64,000 nucleotides of DNA from Phallusia mammillata (Eukaryota): positions 8,618,001 through 8,682,000 of the forward strand of contig OZ281494.1 in NCBI GenBank assembly GCA_965637545.1. Direction: 5' to 3'. The notes below the pieces were generated by a model. It did no database searches, was not told where the DNA came from, and worked only from the letters and a program-made list of their open reading frames with translations. A program made the position numbers and the translations under genes. The stretch's first letter is position 1; each line of letters starts with the position of its first letter. Shown in pieces: positions 27,514 to 40,426 of the stretch.

Positions 27514-27939
27514 CTGCAAGCAATTTTGTTTTGAATGATATTCTCTCGCAAAATCACGTGACCAGAAAACCGCAAAATATGTAACAACTGGGTGAAATAC
27601 AACCACTGCAGACAATTTATTCCATATAAGTCATCTATTAACCAGCACACAATTTCTACATAACTACGTGCTACCCTGACCAAAAATACCATATTAAATA
27701 TACACTGCGTATTATTACTAAAGCAATTCTAACATATGTATTTGAATTTTTATGCGGCCCTATCAAAAACCCACTTTCACATCCATTTTACGTTGAAATT
27801 GTTGACACAGACTAGAAAGTCAACATGCTATCATATAGCACATACACATACAGGTATTTTGATGTTTAAGACCTACTGGCTAACTCGAGTGAAACGTAAA
27901 AGTGCTTAAATCTTTCAAAACGGCAAAATTGGGACTTGC

Positions 27940-28168
27940 CTGTAATTGTCTGGTCCATTGAATTGTAGAATATCCCCGTAACGCCACGTTTCTTCATCAA
28001 TCAGTTTTGCGTTACGTGTAGACGAGGAAATACTGCCAACTACGAAGACCGGTCGAATCATTAGCCCGTTTACATAGCTGAACGACAGCCAGGTACGGCG
28101 GAATAACTCGCGTCGGTTAAAGTAGTGAATAGTAGATTTCACAAACACCACCATACGCCATTTGACCC
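27940..28168 (-). CDS. GT31 paralogue A, exon 3
   Basis: VKWRMVVFVKS, RRELFRRTW, EETWRYGDILQFNGPDNY; 229 nt, phase 1 acceptor, phase 2 donor AG|GCAAGT (GC-AG intron); colinear with exons of B and C. Confidence 0.9.
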
Positions 28169-30297
28169 CTGCAAACGATATGACCGGTTAATGGTTAACC
28201 CTGGGAAGACGTAAGGTTAAGTTATACATTTGCAAATACTATGGATCTTGTAAAAAAAGGTTTACAGTACAAAGACGTGTTAAAATATTGTGTTTGTATG
28301 GAAGCTATAAATTTAAATACTGTTTCATTGGTCATATGATTTACATGTAACAAATCAATCAACAACACACACAAAATGCTGCGTATTATATCAAAAAATG
28401 ATGTGATGCTTCACTAGCTTGCAATGGGTATTCTTCGTCAAATTAATTATATTATTGGATATAAATGTATTTCAATTTCATTAGCTTTTTAGGTTTCAAA
28501 AAAAAGGTTTTATATCGAAATGATATAGTTTTAATAGCTTTTAGAATAAAATGGTAAGCCTTTAGTTAGTATATCAATATATTTTTTCCTTAGTTGCTCA
28601 TATAAACCCCGGTTCAAGAACAGTTGACAACCTGAAGAAGATGTATTCTATACATTATCAAGTTCTCTGGCAGTTAGGTTTTTGGTTAAGTTACTTCTAA
28701 GTCCGTGTATAGTGTTCCTGAGAATCGCAGTAAATTTGTTGCACATATATTTTGTGCCACACAGAGATCGAAAGTTTAGTTTATCGCCGGGTCACAGCAC
28801 ATAATACATTGCCAAACTTAAATTTTTAACGGGAGTTGTTGTTGAACACAAATAGAGTTACTTGTGGGAAATGATCTATAACATGGAAGGGGTTTAAACG
28901 CAACAACTGTTACAACGGTATGATTTACCAAAGCCTGTACAGTTTTCAATGCCAAATGGAAAGCAGAATTCGTGAAACAGCTTTCGCGAAGATTAACTAT
29001 TGGTGGCGGTGGCGTAGCAACCGTTACGCATGAAACATTTGCTTTACAAGGCAACGCCCGATGTGTCGTACAAGAAATATCCCTATACATTCAGTACTTT
29101 GACATATTTTAGCCAGCTATTGTACTTCGTGTTGCCCGTCTTTCAAAATCAAAGCCGTTTGTTTGAGACAAAGAAATACGCACTTTGTATACTTGTGGGA
29201 AAAGGGGAACTAAAAATGTAATCTCAATAAAAGAGTGTAGATAGAGAACAAGTATGGTTGCCGACAACTGCCACTCGAAACAAATAAACAAATTAATAAA
29301 AAATCACTAAAAATAAAAATATTCCAAAATAAATCGAAAAATAATAACCTAATTTTTGATGAACAAAAAGTTTTTCAAAAAAATATCTAAAAAAAGTAAA
29401 AGCCAAAAAAATTAAAAAAAAGTTTTGTTCAACCAGTGGCCGGGCACTGTCATTGCTTTTGAAATGCATTCTGCCAGCTGATGGCTGTTATTTAGCGGTT
29501 TGCCTGCTCAACTGTGGGCTGGTTACTGACATTGGGTTGCGGTTCTTTGGTCTTGTTTTGTGCAACCATAAACTTTAGCTCGTTTTGGGTTTGTTTTTAA
29601 TTTACTTCGCAATTATTGCGGAGTGTTTTGCCAACTGGGTACTTTTGTTAGTGTGGTATGAAGTACTCATCGAATTCGAGAGCAAAAATGCACAACTTCC
29701 TTCTGGTGTGCTATACCACATATACAACTCAGACAAATATGGACTTGAGAAAAGTGCTGAGAAGTAATAGGATACTTACTTTTTCTACTACATTGTAAGC
29801 TTAATTGACACGTTTAATAGTTTGAGTTAACTGCTGAAAACCACTGCCTGTTAAAATTACCTTATAAAACATGTTAATTCAAAAAACGGCTATTACATAT
29901 TAAAAAAAAAAAAAATCTACATACACCTGTAACGTCTAATTCTGTTTACAGTCGAAATGATTATTGTTGTTTTCTTTGCATGAATTTCAAACTATGTGAA
30001 TAAACCCGAAATCACGTGGTGTTTGTATAAGAAGGAAGGGAGCCAGGAAACATACGACACGGTACACATGCCATGACGGGGTTATGCGGGCAAGGATCCG
30101 TGTGGTATGTTAAAGTTTTATTGCGGCACGAATACAGCTAGAATTTCGTAAAAATATTGTTCCGAACAGTGCGTGGGTCATGGTTACGGTTGCATGTGTC
30201 CATATACTTTTTAGTTGAGGCGCTACACCAACAAAATCGATTTTAGATGCCAAACAAACCTAATTAAAACAAATAATTTAAACTAGCCAAGTAACCG

Positions 30298-30540
30298 CAG
30301 TTGCTGGACCTGACCTAATGTCAAACAGCCCTAAAACGCTTTGTTTAAGACCAATTGTCTATCTATTATGTTTGTCGCCTCGGTCGTTCCTGGGGTTTCA
30401 ATGTATAGGCCTGTCAAATAAACTTTAGGGCCTAAACAGGCTTTTCAAAAACAATTCGGATTCGGGCCGGGTTTCAGGCTTGTACTTTTGTGTGTTTTGA
30501 CCGGGGTTGGGCTCAAATTTCAGGCCCGTTTACAACTCTG
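30298..30540. mobile_element. Degenerate hAT-like element (CAGAGTTGTAAACGGGCC terminus), sister of 34079..35862
   Basis: 30345-30540 aligns by eye with 34135-34169 plus 35701-35862; left end approximate, no TSD found. Confidence 0.55.
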
Positions 30541-31154
30541 GTTCAGGAATATGGAACCAACAAAACTAGAAATCAAGTGTTACTCTTAAGATCCATAATT
30601 ATGTAACAGCCAGTTTCAGCCGACATTTTACCAACAAAAGAATATTATACAAGATTGCGGTCAACAGCCAACGAATCTTGGTACACATCGTCATTTTATT
30701 ACTCTTAGCTTGATGACAAAATTTTAAGGGGATAAACATACGCGCGTCAGTTTGCGGAACTGTAAATAGCTTGGGAATTTATCTTGAAATTTGTTTGGAC
30801 ACTTTGACGTACTGTTTGCACTACTTTCTCATCGTAGGCTATAGTTTCGTCAATAAAGTTAGTTATTCCATTTACGTACAGCGCCAATTTATAGACAATA
30901 AAACCGCATTTACAAGATAATAAGGTTGGGTATTTTATTTCAGTACAGTCCAATAAAAACGCAATAAAGCCGGAGTTGAATTTATATTGCCCATTTTGTC
31001 ATAGTTCAGTCTGCCGACGCGAAGCAACCAAAAAACGAGCCTGCTTGAAGCACACAGCCGCTTAAAACTTGGCTCGTTTTGTAAGATTCTGCTAGCAACT
31101 CCTTAAGTAATTCATGACACATGGACATATAAGCTAGTTTTCAAATCAGGTTAC

Positions 31155-31312
31155 CGTCTTTCTTTGCACAAGGGGGATCCACTTTAAGCCATTCTGCTAG
31201 TGAATCTGGTTCATGGAGATATACGAAATCCCGAGATGTGGACTCCCGTAGTGTAGTTGTTGGCAAAGTAGTGATGGCAGTGGTGGTTGATGCCGTTTTC
31301 CATTGTTTGTCA
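31155..31312 (-). CDS. GT31 paralogue A, exon 2 (Thr-rich stem)
   Basis: DKQWKTASTTTAITTLPTTTLRESTSRDFVYLHEPDSLAEWLKVDPPCAKKD; acceptor tttttatacag, donor G|GTAACC; 158 nt, phase 2/1 fits both neighbours; FVYL..EP..C stem typical of B3GALT/B3GNT. Confidence 0.85.
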
Positions 31313-31550
31313 CTGTATAAAAAATGCTCATTACTGAGTGGTATACTGTATACGGTTTTGGCATTTTTGACAAATTAAAGACTCGAAAATCCTATAGACA
31401 AAATAATCTAATCACAAAACAAGCTTAAATGCAAAACTGATGCTTTAATTTCGAAATGAAAATAAAGAAACGAAACAAAACATTTTTAGCCACGTTTGTC
31501 TTCCAAAATTTTGAACTTAGCAATAAAGCAAAGACATCATGTTGTTTTAC

Positions 31551-31645
31551 CTTTTCATAACTGCCGTGAAGGTAAGCTGTAGAAATATACATGCCACCAT
31601 AATCCCCCATATTGTGGCAAGAAGGACAATCAGCAAGCGACGCAT
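31551..31645 (-). CDS. GT31 paralogue A, exon 1 (type II signal-anchor)
   Basis: MRRLLIVLLATIWGIMVACIFLQLTFTAVMK, donor AG|GTAAAA (phase 2); upstream acceptor at 31713 suggests a 5'UTR exon or trans-splicing; spliced CDS 1053 nt = 350 aa. Confidence 0.85.
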
Positions 31646-32948
31646 TAGACAGAGGCTTTCTTGCTAGTTCCAGCACTATTAATCTGGGCCAACTTCTCAG
31701 CTACTTGATCCGCTAGAAATCAAAATAAACTAAAGGCAAACTGTGTACCGGGTAGACCACCGCCCACGTGCGATCCAGTTTCCTGGACCCAACAAACTGT
31801 TCAATTGATCGTTGCGAACGCGTTTACTTCTGCGATCTGGTTTATTTACCTACTGTTACATCACAATCGGACAATTGGTTTTCTCAACCCACTGATTTTA
31901 ATGTTGTAGCTTACATCGCCTTGTTTTACTATTGTTTGTAAAGGCGTGAAAGTACCGTCCATACAGAAATTAAACAGGAAAAGATTTTGAAGTACTGTGC
32001 ATTACCAACAAACCTCAACGTACTATACGAACATGTTGTTTTGACATTAACACTATAGAACTTTGCCTGATTAGTAACTTTTAGTCAATGAACTGCTTAA
32101 AATATACGGATGCATTTAAAAGAAAACTTTGTCGACAAATAGGAAGTTTAATCACTAAGTCGCTTAAGTCAAACGTTTCAAATTAGAAATTCAAAAAACC
32201 GATAATAACTTTTATTACCTGTTTACTTGCTGTTTGTCTCTTCTGTTGGGTAGAAAATCTTAAATACCAACAACTTCGGAATAAATCGATTGTACGGACT
32301 GCATAAACTAAAGTTACACTGCCTTCCTGAAGCAGCACTAACATTTATGTCACAGTAAAGGCAAGTTCAGACACTGAACAGCAGAACAGCCACGGAAAGG
32401 ATTTGCTTTGTGCGATGTGTAATAGATGAAACGCCAAAGCAAACAGAAAAAACATTTCAAATTTGAATTTTAATAAATAGCGGTTAAGTACACGGTCCAA
32501 ACTGTCACAGACTCTGATAAGCGCTGCGGCCTTACTTGTAAAGTCTAAACTTCAAGTTTTCTTAAGCTCACACAACTTTGTCTGTGACAATTGATTCCAA
32601 TACAACAAGGAAATATTTGTTATGATACACTATACAGTCAATTAAAGCACCTCCAGATTTTCAAAGTTAACACAAGATCAATAAAGTTCTATTTGTAATG
32701 AAGCTCAGATAGTCGCTGTCGCTGACGATTTTATTTTAACATACGTTGTTTTTAAGCATGCGTTGCGTGAAATAAGTGGCCGTGTCGTGGTTGCCCAGCC
32801 TCAAGACTTTTCAGACCATTTATATTTATGCCCACTGGACCAGAAAATGACAGATACCACATAATCAACCAACGCCAATCAGCCGTATCAATCTTCATTC
32901 AGGTCAATCGTAGTTTAACAATACTGTCGCATAGGGAAAATCTACTAA

Positions 32949-33232
32949 CACCATAACTCACGTCAGCCGCACATTTAGCTAATTTTCGATAGGTGGTGCA
33001 AAAATCACAAATCCTATTGAAAACGGTATATCTCAAAATATGCCTACGGTTAGGGCTAATAGGGCTGGGGTGAGGTATTATCATTAAAAATTCAATGAAA
33101 CTAACCCCAGAATTTGGTTGTTATTGAAGACGTTTCAAAAACCTACCCCTATTTAGCCGCCAAATAAATAACTCAGCTCCTGCGCCACCTATCAAAAATT
33201 GGCTAAATGTGCGGCTGGCGTGAGTTATGGTG
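32949..33232. mobile_element. MITE with ~52-bp TIRs (Tc1/mariner-like, TA target)
   Basis: 32949-33000 is the reverse complement of 33181-33232 with ~4 mismatches; flanks AA / TA. Confidence 0.7.
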
Positions 33233-33995
33233 TAAGTGGCTCTACCGTCGGATGGAAAGGTAAACTTTTTAAATCTTCGGGCCATGGCCAAACACAGCGT
33301 TTGGTGGCTAATATTACGTCGTAAGTAAGTGCATTTTTCTAGTGTGACTTCCTAAATTCTCAAAAGAGAGTGAGAAAACCTGATAAAAATCACACTTGTG
33401 TAAGAATTTTGCCAATTTGAATCAATTTAAAACTTGCTTCTGTGCTTAGTCATGCATCCAGTCGCACCTTACTCACGTTTCTGCTTTGTTTGTTGTGGTT
33501 CTGTTTCGCTTTGCAGATCACGTGCAATGTCAAAGAAAGCCAAGAATTACTAAAACCAGTCATTGGCATAAAAACTGTAACTAAAATTACAACTCAAGTC
33601 GAAGCCTATAACTCGATTTTTCAAAACTAGACTAGAATTACCGGCATTTTGCTGTCATGTGCTGACTTATTTAACTAGAAATATCTAGTTGTCATATTCT
33701 GATAATATGCCACTCTACCTTTCGGGGCTCATGCCCCCCTATAAGTAACCCAGCAATACCTCTGCCCCCCTAGCAAAAAAATTATGTAGCAAACTCAATT
33801 AAACTGTAAAGTCCATAATCTATCTTTCTAGATGATTATTTTGCTTAAAATAAACCTCAATATGGGCAAATAATGTTGGAAATAGTCGACTAAATTAGCA
33901 AATTAAATTATTTGCAATACACACTTAGCCCAAACTTAATAAAATAAAATGCCTTTTTAACTTTTGCTGGGTGTTTATAGTGAGTCTGTACCCGT

Positions 33996-34069
33996 GGCGC
34001 CCCTAAATACACCTCGTCCCCTGGCCCCCTAAATACACCTCGTCCCCTGGCCCCCTAAATACACCTCGT
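33996..34069. repeat. 26-bp tandem repeat, ~2.7 copies
   Basis: CCCTAAATACACCTCGTCCCCTGGCC starting at 34001, 34027 and 34053. Confidence 0.9.
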
Positions 34070-34599
34070 GATAGCACTCAGAGTTTGAACGGCTTTGATT
34101 CGGGCCTGAATTAACACCCGTGTCAGCACTACGCCTTGTTCAAGACCTATTGTCTATCATTGTTTATTGCAGTAGTTCTCAACCTTTTTGCCTTTGCGAA
34201 CCCTTTGCGATATTATAATCTATATGCGGACCCCTTTAAGTTCTACGTATTTTCGTCCCATTTTTATTACCAAGCAACCAAAAAATGGTCCATAAAATAG
34301 CAACCACTTTCGGTCTAATAGCAAACAAAATTTAAATCCTTTTGTTTGGGTTGTGGTTTTGTAAAGCACGGTGGCGGTCACCGTGAAATTTTTTGTTTGT
34401 TTGTAGCGGTATTGCACAAAACATCGTAAAATCTTGAGAAAAATAACGAACGATTTTGCTTTTAAACAAAAGCACTGGCGAAAAAGCAACAAAAACACTG
34501 CAACCTGTTTAGGTTATGCGTTATTGCGTTGTTTGTGACGCGATTATGGCCATTATTGTGTACGATTTGATTGTGCTGTTGTTAATGGTTATTTTAGGT

Positions 34600-35161
34600 C
34601 AGTGGTTCTCAAAGTATGGGTCGCGACCCAAACATGGGTCGCGCACCGTCAAAAAATGGGTCGCGCTATGGTGATTCAATTCTGCCTAAATGTTTTTTTT
34701 TTTAAATTTTTTTCATTTCATTTTTCAAGTATTTTCAATTCCTAGTCATGACTGAATTATTGTATCATAGGCATTTTATGTGGCTTTATCTTCGTAACCT
34801 TGGAGTATTGCACCGTAAGTAAGTGGTTTCTGAGAGTTTAGATGGCACCCAGCTACAGTACTACCATAGCGAAATACAGCCTCATTCGACCACGTTGTTC
34901 GGCAAATTGAACCAATCATTACAACATACAGACAATAGGCTTCCAATATTCTGTTACGCACACGGCGATTGTAACGTGTTAGCGCAGGGATTGATAGGAG
35001 GTTAATCATGCGAAACTAAACTTGGAATGTAACAGTTATCATTCAATGACAAGTAAGTTACAAGTAATAAAAAATACATATTTTGATGTTTGAGGCTTGG
35101 GTCGCAACATGTTCATAAAGCTCAGATTTGGGTCGCGCACAAAAAAGTTTGAGAACCACTG
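34600..35161. mobile_element. hAT (Charlie/Buster-type) MITE, 562 bp, nested
   Basis: TIR CAGTGGTTCTCAAA at both ends; subterminal GGGTCGCG repeats; TSD TTTTAGGT / TTTTAGTT. Confidence 0.88.
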
Positions 35162-35514
35162 TTTTAGTTTATACAAAGCAACGACAACGTGACAAAACAT
35201 ATTTTAACGCTGCTAAACCAATGATAAACGTTACAGCAAAGTGTTCCGCATAAATATTATTTCAATTTGCATTCTATGGGAAGTTTGTTGGGCTTTCCGT
35301 TTGAGCTCATGTGGTTGCACGCATTAGTGACGTCACATAAAATGACGTCATACGTTAAGTCCGCCACCTGTTTTGTAAAACTCGGTGCCTTTGGTTCCGA
35401 CGTCAGGAATCAACAAGAAAAAAATAATGATTTTAAACAAGTTTTTTTTGCTATTTTGAAACGCCGAATTTTTTTTAGTCTAGATTTCTCAATCCAGTTG
35501 TGCGAATTAAGAAG

Positions 35515-35626
35515 TTTTTTTTTTCACGGGGTTCGAACCCAGGACTCTCCCGGGGACGAATCCCGATCAGGGTTTTTTATTTCTGTATACGGGTCAGGCG
35601 CGCCAGACCGTTCGGCCTAGTTCTTG
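35515..35626 (-). other. tRNA-derived (SINE-head-like) sequence or tRNA pseudogene with A-tail
   Basis: Minus strand: A-box-like TAGGCCGAACGGT, B-box GGGTTCGAACCCC, then A10; no complete cloverleaf could be folded by eye. Confidence 0.5.
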
Positions 35627-36799
35627 ATACGGACCGTCTAGAAACGCTTTGCGGACTCCTAGTGGTCGGCGGACCCCGGTTGAGAACCACTGGTCTATTG
35701 TCTTGGTATTTTCTGAGGCTTCAATGTATAGGACTGTCAATCAAACTGTTGGGCCTATAAACGGGCTTCTCAAAAACGATTCGGGTTCGGCCCGGGTTTT
35801 GGGCTTAACTTTCGGGTTCGGGCCGAGTTTCAGCTCCAATTTCAAGCCCGTTTGCAACTCTGCCTGGAAGTGGGTCCCGAAACCGAAAGTACATTCTCGA
35901 AACTACGTCGTTCACAACAAAGTCAAGTCCGAATCAAGCCATTTTTATTAAAACTCTAACCCGACGCGAACCCGACCCGTGAAGGCCGGTCCACTTACAA
36001 TCTCTTACGCGCATTGTACATATATAGCCGAACTAACTTTCTGGGCATTTAAGTCTCGCACATCATCAAATATTGTTGGTAACCGGCTAGATAGAGAAAC
36101 AGCAATGAAACTTCGTCGTACATGTGTGAAATCGCATATTTCGTCAGTAAACATGATTTAATTTTGAAATTAAGTAACCATCTGAAAAGGTTGAACTTGG
36201 CTTTTATTTTTATGTAAAAAGTCACCACAACCAAATTTGCAGATATTGCTGCCACTTTAACGGAAGAAGTAAAAATGGCAATAAAAGGTTTCTTTCTAAC
36301 TTTTGAACAAAACGGTTGTCACTCACATAGGCCTATTTCAACGCGATTGTTTTTGTAAACACGACAAAAAATTAGAGATAGGGCAGTACACATAGCAAGG
36401 TTCAAATAGAATCCAGTGACCAAAAGCGCCTTGAAGCTAAAAATAGCAGTCTGCAAAAATAAAAGTAAAATACGCTGGAGGCAAAAACAGATCAAAAACA
36501 AAGGAAAATAAGCAGATTCACAGTTTCAAGTCATAGGTACATTCGAAGACTTTAAAAATGTCACCGTCGTTCGTTCTGCCACCAACTTGGAAAACTTTGT
36601 ATTGCATGGACGTCTGCTGGACGGATAAAAAATGAAAAGTAAGTTCAGTTTCTTATATTTTTAGGTTTACATTTTAAATTTAGATTACTGAATTTTAACT
36701 TTCTCCCGAAAAATAAATTTTACCCCATAACTTAACATCTTCCGCGGTTACTTTGGTATGAACATAATGAACCTCACAAAAGGTTTACTTGTCTATAGG

Positions 36800-37364
36800 T
36801 CAACAAGTACAAACGGTTTTGTTTTCAGCGAGCGCAAGAAGTTTCGTCCACTCATCTTGCATCATGGTCCCTTGTGAAGTCAAATCCGCCTTTACTTTAA
36901 AGCCGAGGTAATGGTGGGCCACAGGGTCACTCAACAAGGTGACAAAATCGGCTGGAACACCGAGTTTTTTGCGTAAAATCCCAGTGATCCAAACGTCGTC
37001 GACCCGCATAGGCCGATGAAGTTGTGAAATCTCCCAAAGATCTCGCACCATGGCTAGAGAGGTGACATACATACCGCCCATGCAGAACTTAGGGTATTCA
37101 GGCCACCTGTACTCCTCCATTGAAATATACCACTTGCTGATCTTGTCACGAAAAGGTTTAGCCTTGTCTCGTCCGTCAAACATGCATATGATAGGAAAGA
37201 TGTTCGTTCCGTTTTTGACCATGAAGTCTCGATATGAATCAATTGTCTCCTGCATCTTGGCAATATTAACTAGGAAGTCGTCGTCGGCTGATGCGTAGTA
37301 ATAATTTCTGGGCAAATTTTCAACGGCCCAACGCATTCCAATCAGAGTCTTAAATGCGATGTTT
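36800..37364 (-). CDS. GT31 paralogue B, last exon (catalytic C-terminal half)
   Basis: NIAFKTLIGMRWA, YASADDD, YPKFCMGGMY, RVDDVWITGIL; acceptor tttacag at 37365; TGA at 36800. Confidence 0.93.
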
Positions 37365-38670
37365 CTGTAAAGTTTTCAAACATGTTTAGATTTAAACAAA
37401 ATATTGCAATAAAGGAAAAGGGAAAAATTATTAGAAAGGGAACGAGGGTAAAACAAACTGGGAGATAATTTTAGCTGATTACCTAACCTAATAAACTGTT
37501 ACAAAGGTCATTAAGCAATTATATTGGCATATTTTACCGGCCTTGTTTTAAGTGCATGTACTGGCATGTATGGCATATATATAGCCTAAACTGATTAGTT
37601 ACAAAAGCCGCATTCTATTTGACATAATATGACTGCGTGCTATTATCAACAACATGGCATTTCAAGCAGCAGGGATCAGACGTTTTTGATTCAATTTCTG
37701 CATATTCTGTCATGTATGATTTAGGTCAATGCATTGATGGCGCCTCAAGAGGGTTTCCCTGTCCGCTGGTATAACCCTCGGAATATGACATATAATTTGT
37801 TGTTTTGCAAGCAGCGGTCGCTGTAGACACTATACGAGTCTGGAAACAGTGGTTTAAACCCATGAATGTCCGAAAAACGAAACCAAGTAATGGTAATATG
37901 ATAGTGGGCAACGTGAACACAAACACAACGATAATCTTGGATATTTCAGAGATAACAAAGGCCCAACATGTAAAATCAACAAAATGGTTGGTTATTGCGG
38001 ACGCATAGTAAGCGGGCCTAAACTGGAGCCGCTAACAAGGCCCAAATTTGTCATTGAAAACCAAAACCCGTATTAGGCCCAAATGTTCTTGGAATTGCGG
38101 CACAAATGAAAGGGTGAAGCCAAGCTAGAATCAAGACCGTTTCAATCGAATTTAACCCCAAATCAGAACCATATCCGCAAAGCCCACAGGCCCGACTTGG
38201 AATTCTGTAACTGGTCTGTGAAGCGTAAATGTTGGGATTTTGTGGTGTGTTTTGGCTGAGCAAATATTACCAGGACCAGGGTATAAAGTCATGGGGGACG
38301 GAATACAACTATTGGAGCGCCGTCACGGTCCGACGAGTAAATACAGTATAAGTTCGAAAGTGTAAGTAAATATTTTGCACAACTCATTTTAGAAACATGT
38401 CTCGATGTTCGTGCTTCAGGGGACAATGTCACAAAGTAATGAACAAGTCCGTACATAAGGGAAATTCTTATAACGCCAAAAAAGACTTTAGTTAATGGAG
38501 TCCTAAATTCTACGCAATCGCTGAATAAATTTCTGGATATCCAAAAGAGTTTTATTGAACAGTCCAAAAGAAATATACTAATTTAAAACAATTCAAATAA
38601 CTCGATTAGCTAGCGGTTAAACTACATTTCATTCCGTCACTTAAGTGGAAGAACGCCATTTCCATTATAG

Positions 38671-39314
38671 CAGTGGTTCTCAATCTTATATGGATCGCGT
38701 ACCACCTGACAACTTTTTCTATCGCTGCGTACCACCTAAAATCCTGTTTGAATGGATAGACCAAGAAATATCGAAAAAAAGAAAAAAAATCCCAACTTGG
38801 TTAACATAATTAGAAATTTCGAAAAGATATTCAAAACACGAGTTTCGTACAAACCAGGGCTGATCAGTTGGGCCAATTAGGTTGCAGTTTTAGATCGGAC
38901 TTTAATTAGGTATCACAGAAAGCTAATTGCGTACCCCCTAAAACAGGGGTGGGCAACCTTTGTCACTGTGTGGCCAAATACAATTGCAATAATTAGATCG
39001 CGGGCAGCACCTTTTTATAACACAAGGTGATTTTACTTCGTTGTATACCAAAAATGCCTTACTACAAGTAAAATTCGCATTTGATTCTCGCTGCATATTG
39101 TCAGGTCGCAGAAAAATAGCACCAGGCGCACTAATCTGCTCAAAAATATATAATAATTGCACTCGTTTGCCAGTACATTTGAAATCCAAGTGTCTCTGCG
39201 GGCCGCACAACCTTTAATCAAGGGCCGCATGTGGCCCGCGGGCCGCAGGTTGCCCACCCCTGCCCTAAAATGTTTCGGCGTACCACTAGTCGTACCACAG
39301 TTTGAGAACAACTG
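38671..39314. mobile_element. hAT MITE (~317 bp when empty), inverted sister of 41529..41849, with a nested MITE
   Basis: TIR CAGTGGTTCTCAA / CAGTTGTTCTCAA; TSD CATTATAG / CATGATAG; GTACCAC subterminal repeats. Confidence 0.85.
38944..39262. mobile_element. hAT (Charlie/Buster-type) MITE, 319 bp, nested
   Basis: Perfect 16-bp TIR CAGGGGTGGGCAACCT; perfect TSD CCCTAAAA. Confidence 0.93.
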
Positions 39315-39485
39315 CATGATAGTAACAATATTTAAAACTTGATCAAGGGTAATGAGTTGAGTAAATCAACGTTGTGCTGTGGATATGTATGTTGTCTGTG
39401 CGTTACGAATTGAATTTACTATTAAATCTAAAAGCCGTATTCAGTTAAGTCCAAAACATTAAGCAAACATGAAAGCTGTAGTTAC

Positions 39486-39711
39486 TTGTAATCGTCAGGT
39501 CCGTCGTAGTGCAAAATATCGGTATATCTTCGTTTTTCCTCTTTTAGAATCTCGGACGCGTACGGGTCCTCGTTTCCGCCGATGACAAACAAAGTAGAAA
39601 AGTGACCGCCATCGACAAAGCCCCAGCGCGCCCACGTGCGTCGGATAATTTCGCGATGGAGAGAATGAGTGGCAGATGATTTTACAAATATTACAAGATG
39701 CCAAGAAACGT
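39486..39711 (-). CDS. GT31 paralogue B, penultimate exon
   Basis: VSWHLVIFVKS, HREIIRRTW, EEKRRYTDILHYDGPDDY (frame absent from the ORF track); 226 nt, phase 1/2, acceptor ttttaag, donor AA|GTAAC. Confidence 0.92.
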
Positions 39712-40426
39712 CTTAAAAACAGAAATTAATTGTTAAAAAATAAATCACTGATTCAAAAAGTCACAAAATTACACTTTTTTGTGTATTTTTTTTAAATGCG
39801 TTTTCTACCGAAGGATATACTAAAAACACATTATAGAATGGCAGTAAATTCAACTTGTATTTCTAATAGATATTCTCAAGGGTATAATGTTTATCCATTT
39901 TTCCCCATTAAAAATGCAGTTGATGAAAGCCGAAAAAAGTTGTTTGAAACTAGAAGGGTGGCTTAGCACATATTGCCCTTGCACATACACTATATAGCAT
40001 ATTTTGAAACAATAATATATTTCCTACACTTATTTATATTGGGTCCCATATTAGCCATCGCTATAACCTTGGTTGTTTCTGCAAGCAAAAACTCATGGGT
40101 CCCCACACATGCAAAGTTGTAGATAATGCATTTCAATAGATAACAATGAGTAAGTAGGATAACTAATTGAGGTTCAACACACACACAAACTTAAAAGTAG
40201 GAAACCACAATGACTCAATCAATAGTACTGCAAAATTTCAGTCCAATCTGCCAACGTTTAAAATTTCAACCACTAGAGGTGTTTTGAGCAACAACCGTTA
40301 ATGTTTCTGACGTCAAAGGGCTGTTAACAACCCCCGAACTGCAATGGCGCAATAACGATAATTGGCATACTTTACAAGCTATCCAAATTTTATCCAATTC
40401 TGACATTGTTTACAAACTCACCCCTT

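Larger units (their letters stand above)
34170..35692. mobile_element. hAT (Charlie/Buster-type) non-autonomous element, ~950 bp when empty
   Basis: TIR CAGTAGTTCTCAACC / CAGTGGTTCTCAACC; TSD GTTTATTG / GTCTATTG. Confidence 0.8.
34079..35862. mobile_element. Old hAT-like element (~250 bp when empty) interrupted by nested MITEs
   Basis: Termini CAGAGTTTGAACGG / CAGAGTTGCAAACGG; joined flanks match the uninterrupted sister at 30345-30540; no TSD retained. Confidence 0.6.

Noticed and set aside
28818-29090. 90-aa ORF with PPPP and Cys, initially a plausible stem exon of GT31-A
   Set aside because: 31155..31312 gives better splice sites, exact phases and the family-typical FVYL..EP..C stem; this ORF is treated as intronic.
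34776-35009. ORFs inside MITE 34600..35161 as a transposase remnant
   Set aside because: No hAT catalytic or dimerisation motifs in correct order.
39775-39864. FLVYPS frame just upstream of B exon 39711 as B's stem exon
   Set aside because: No Cys, an in-frame stop just upstream, no phase 2 acceptor, and an AT-rich context where this arises by chance.
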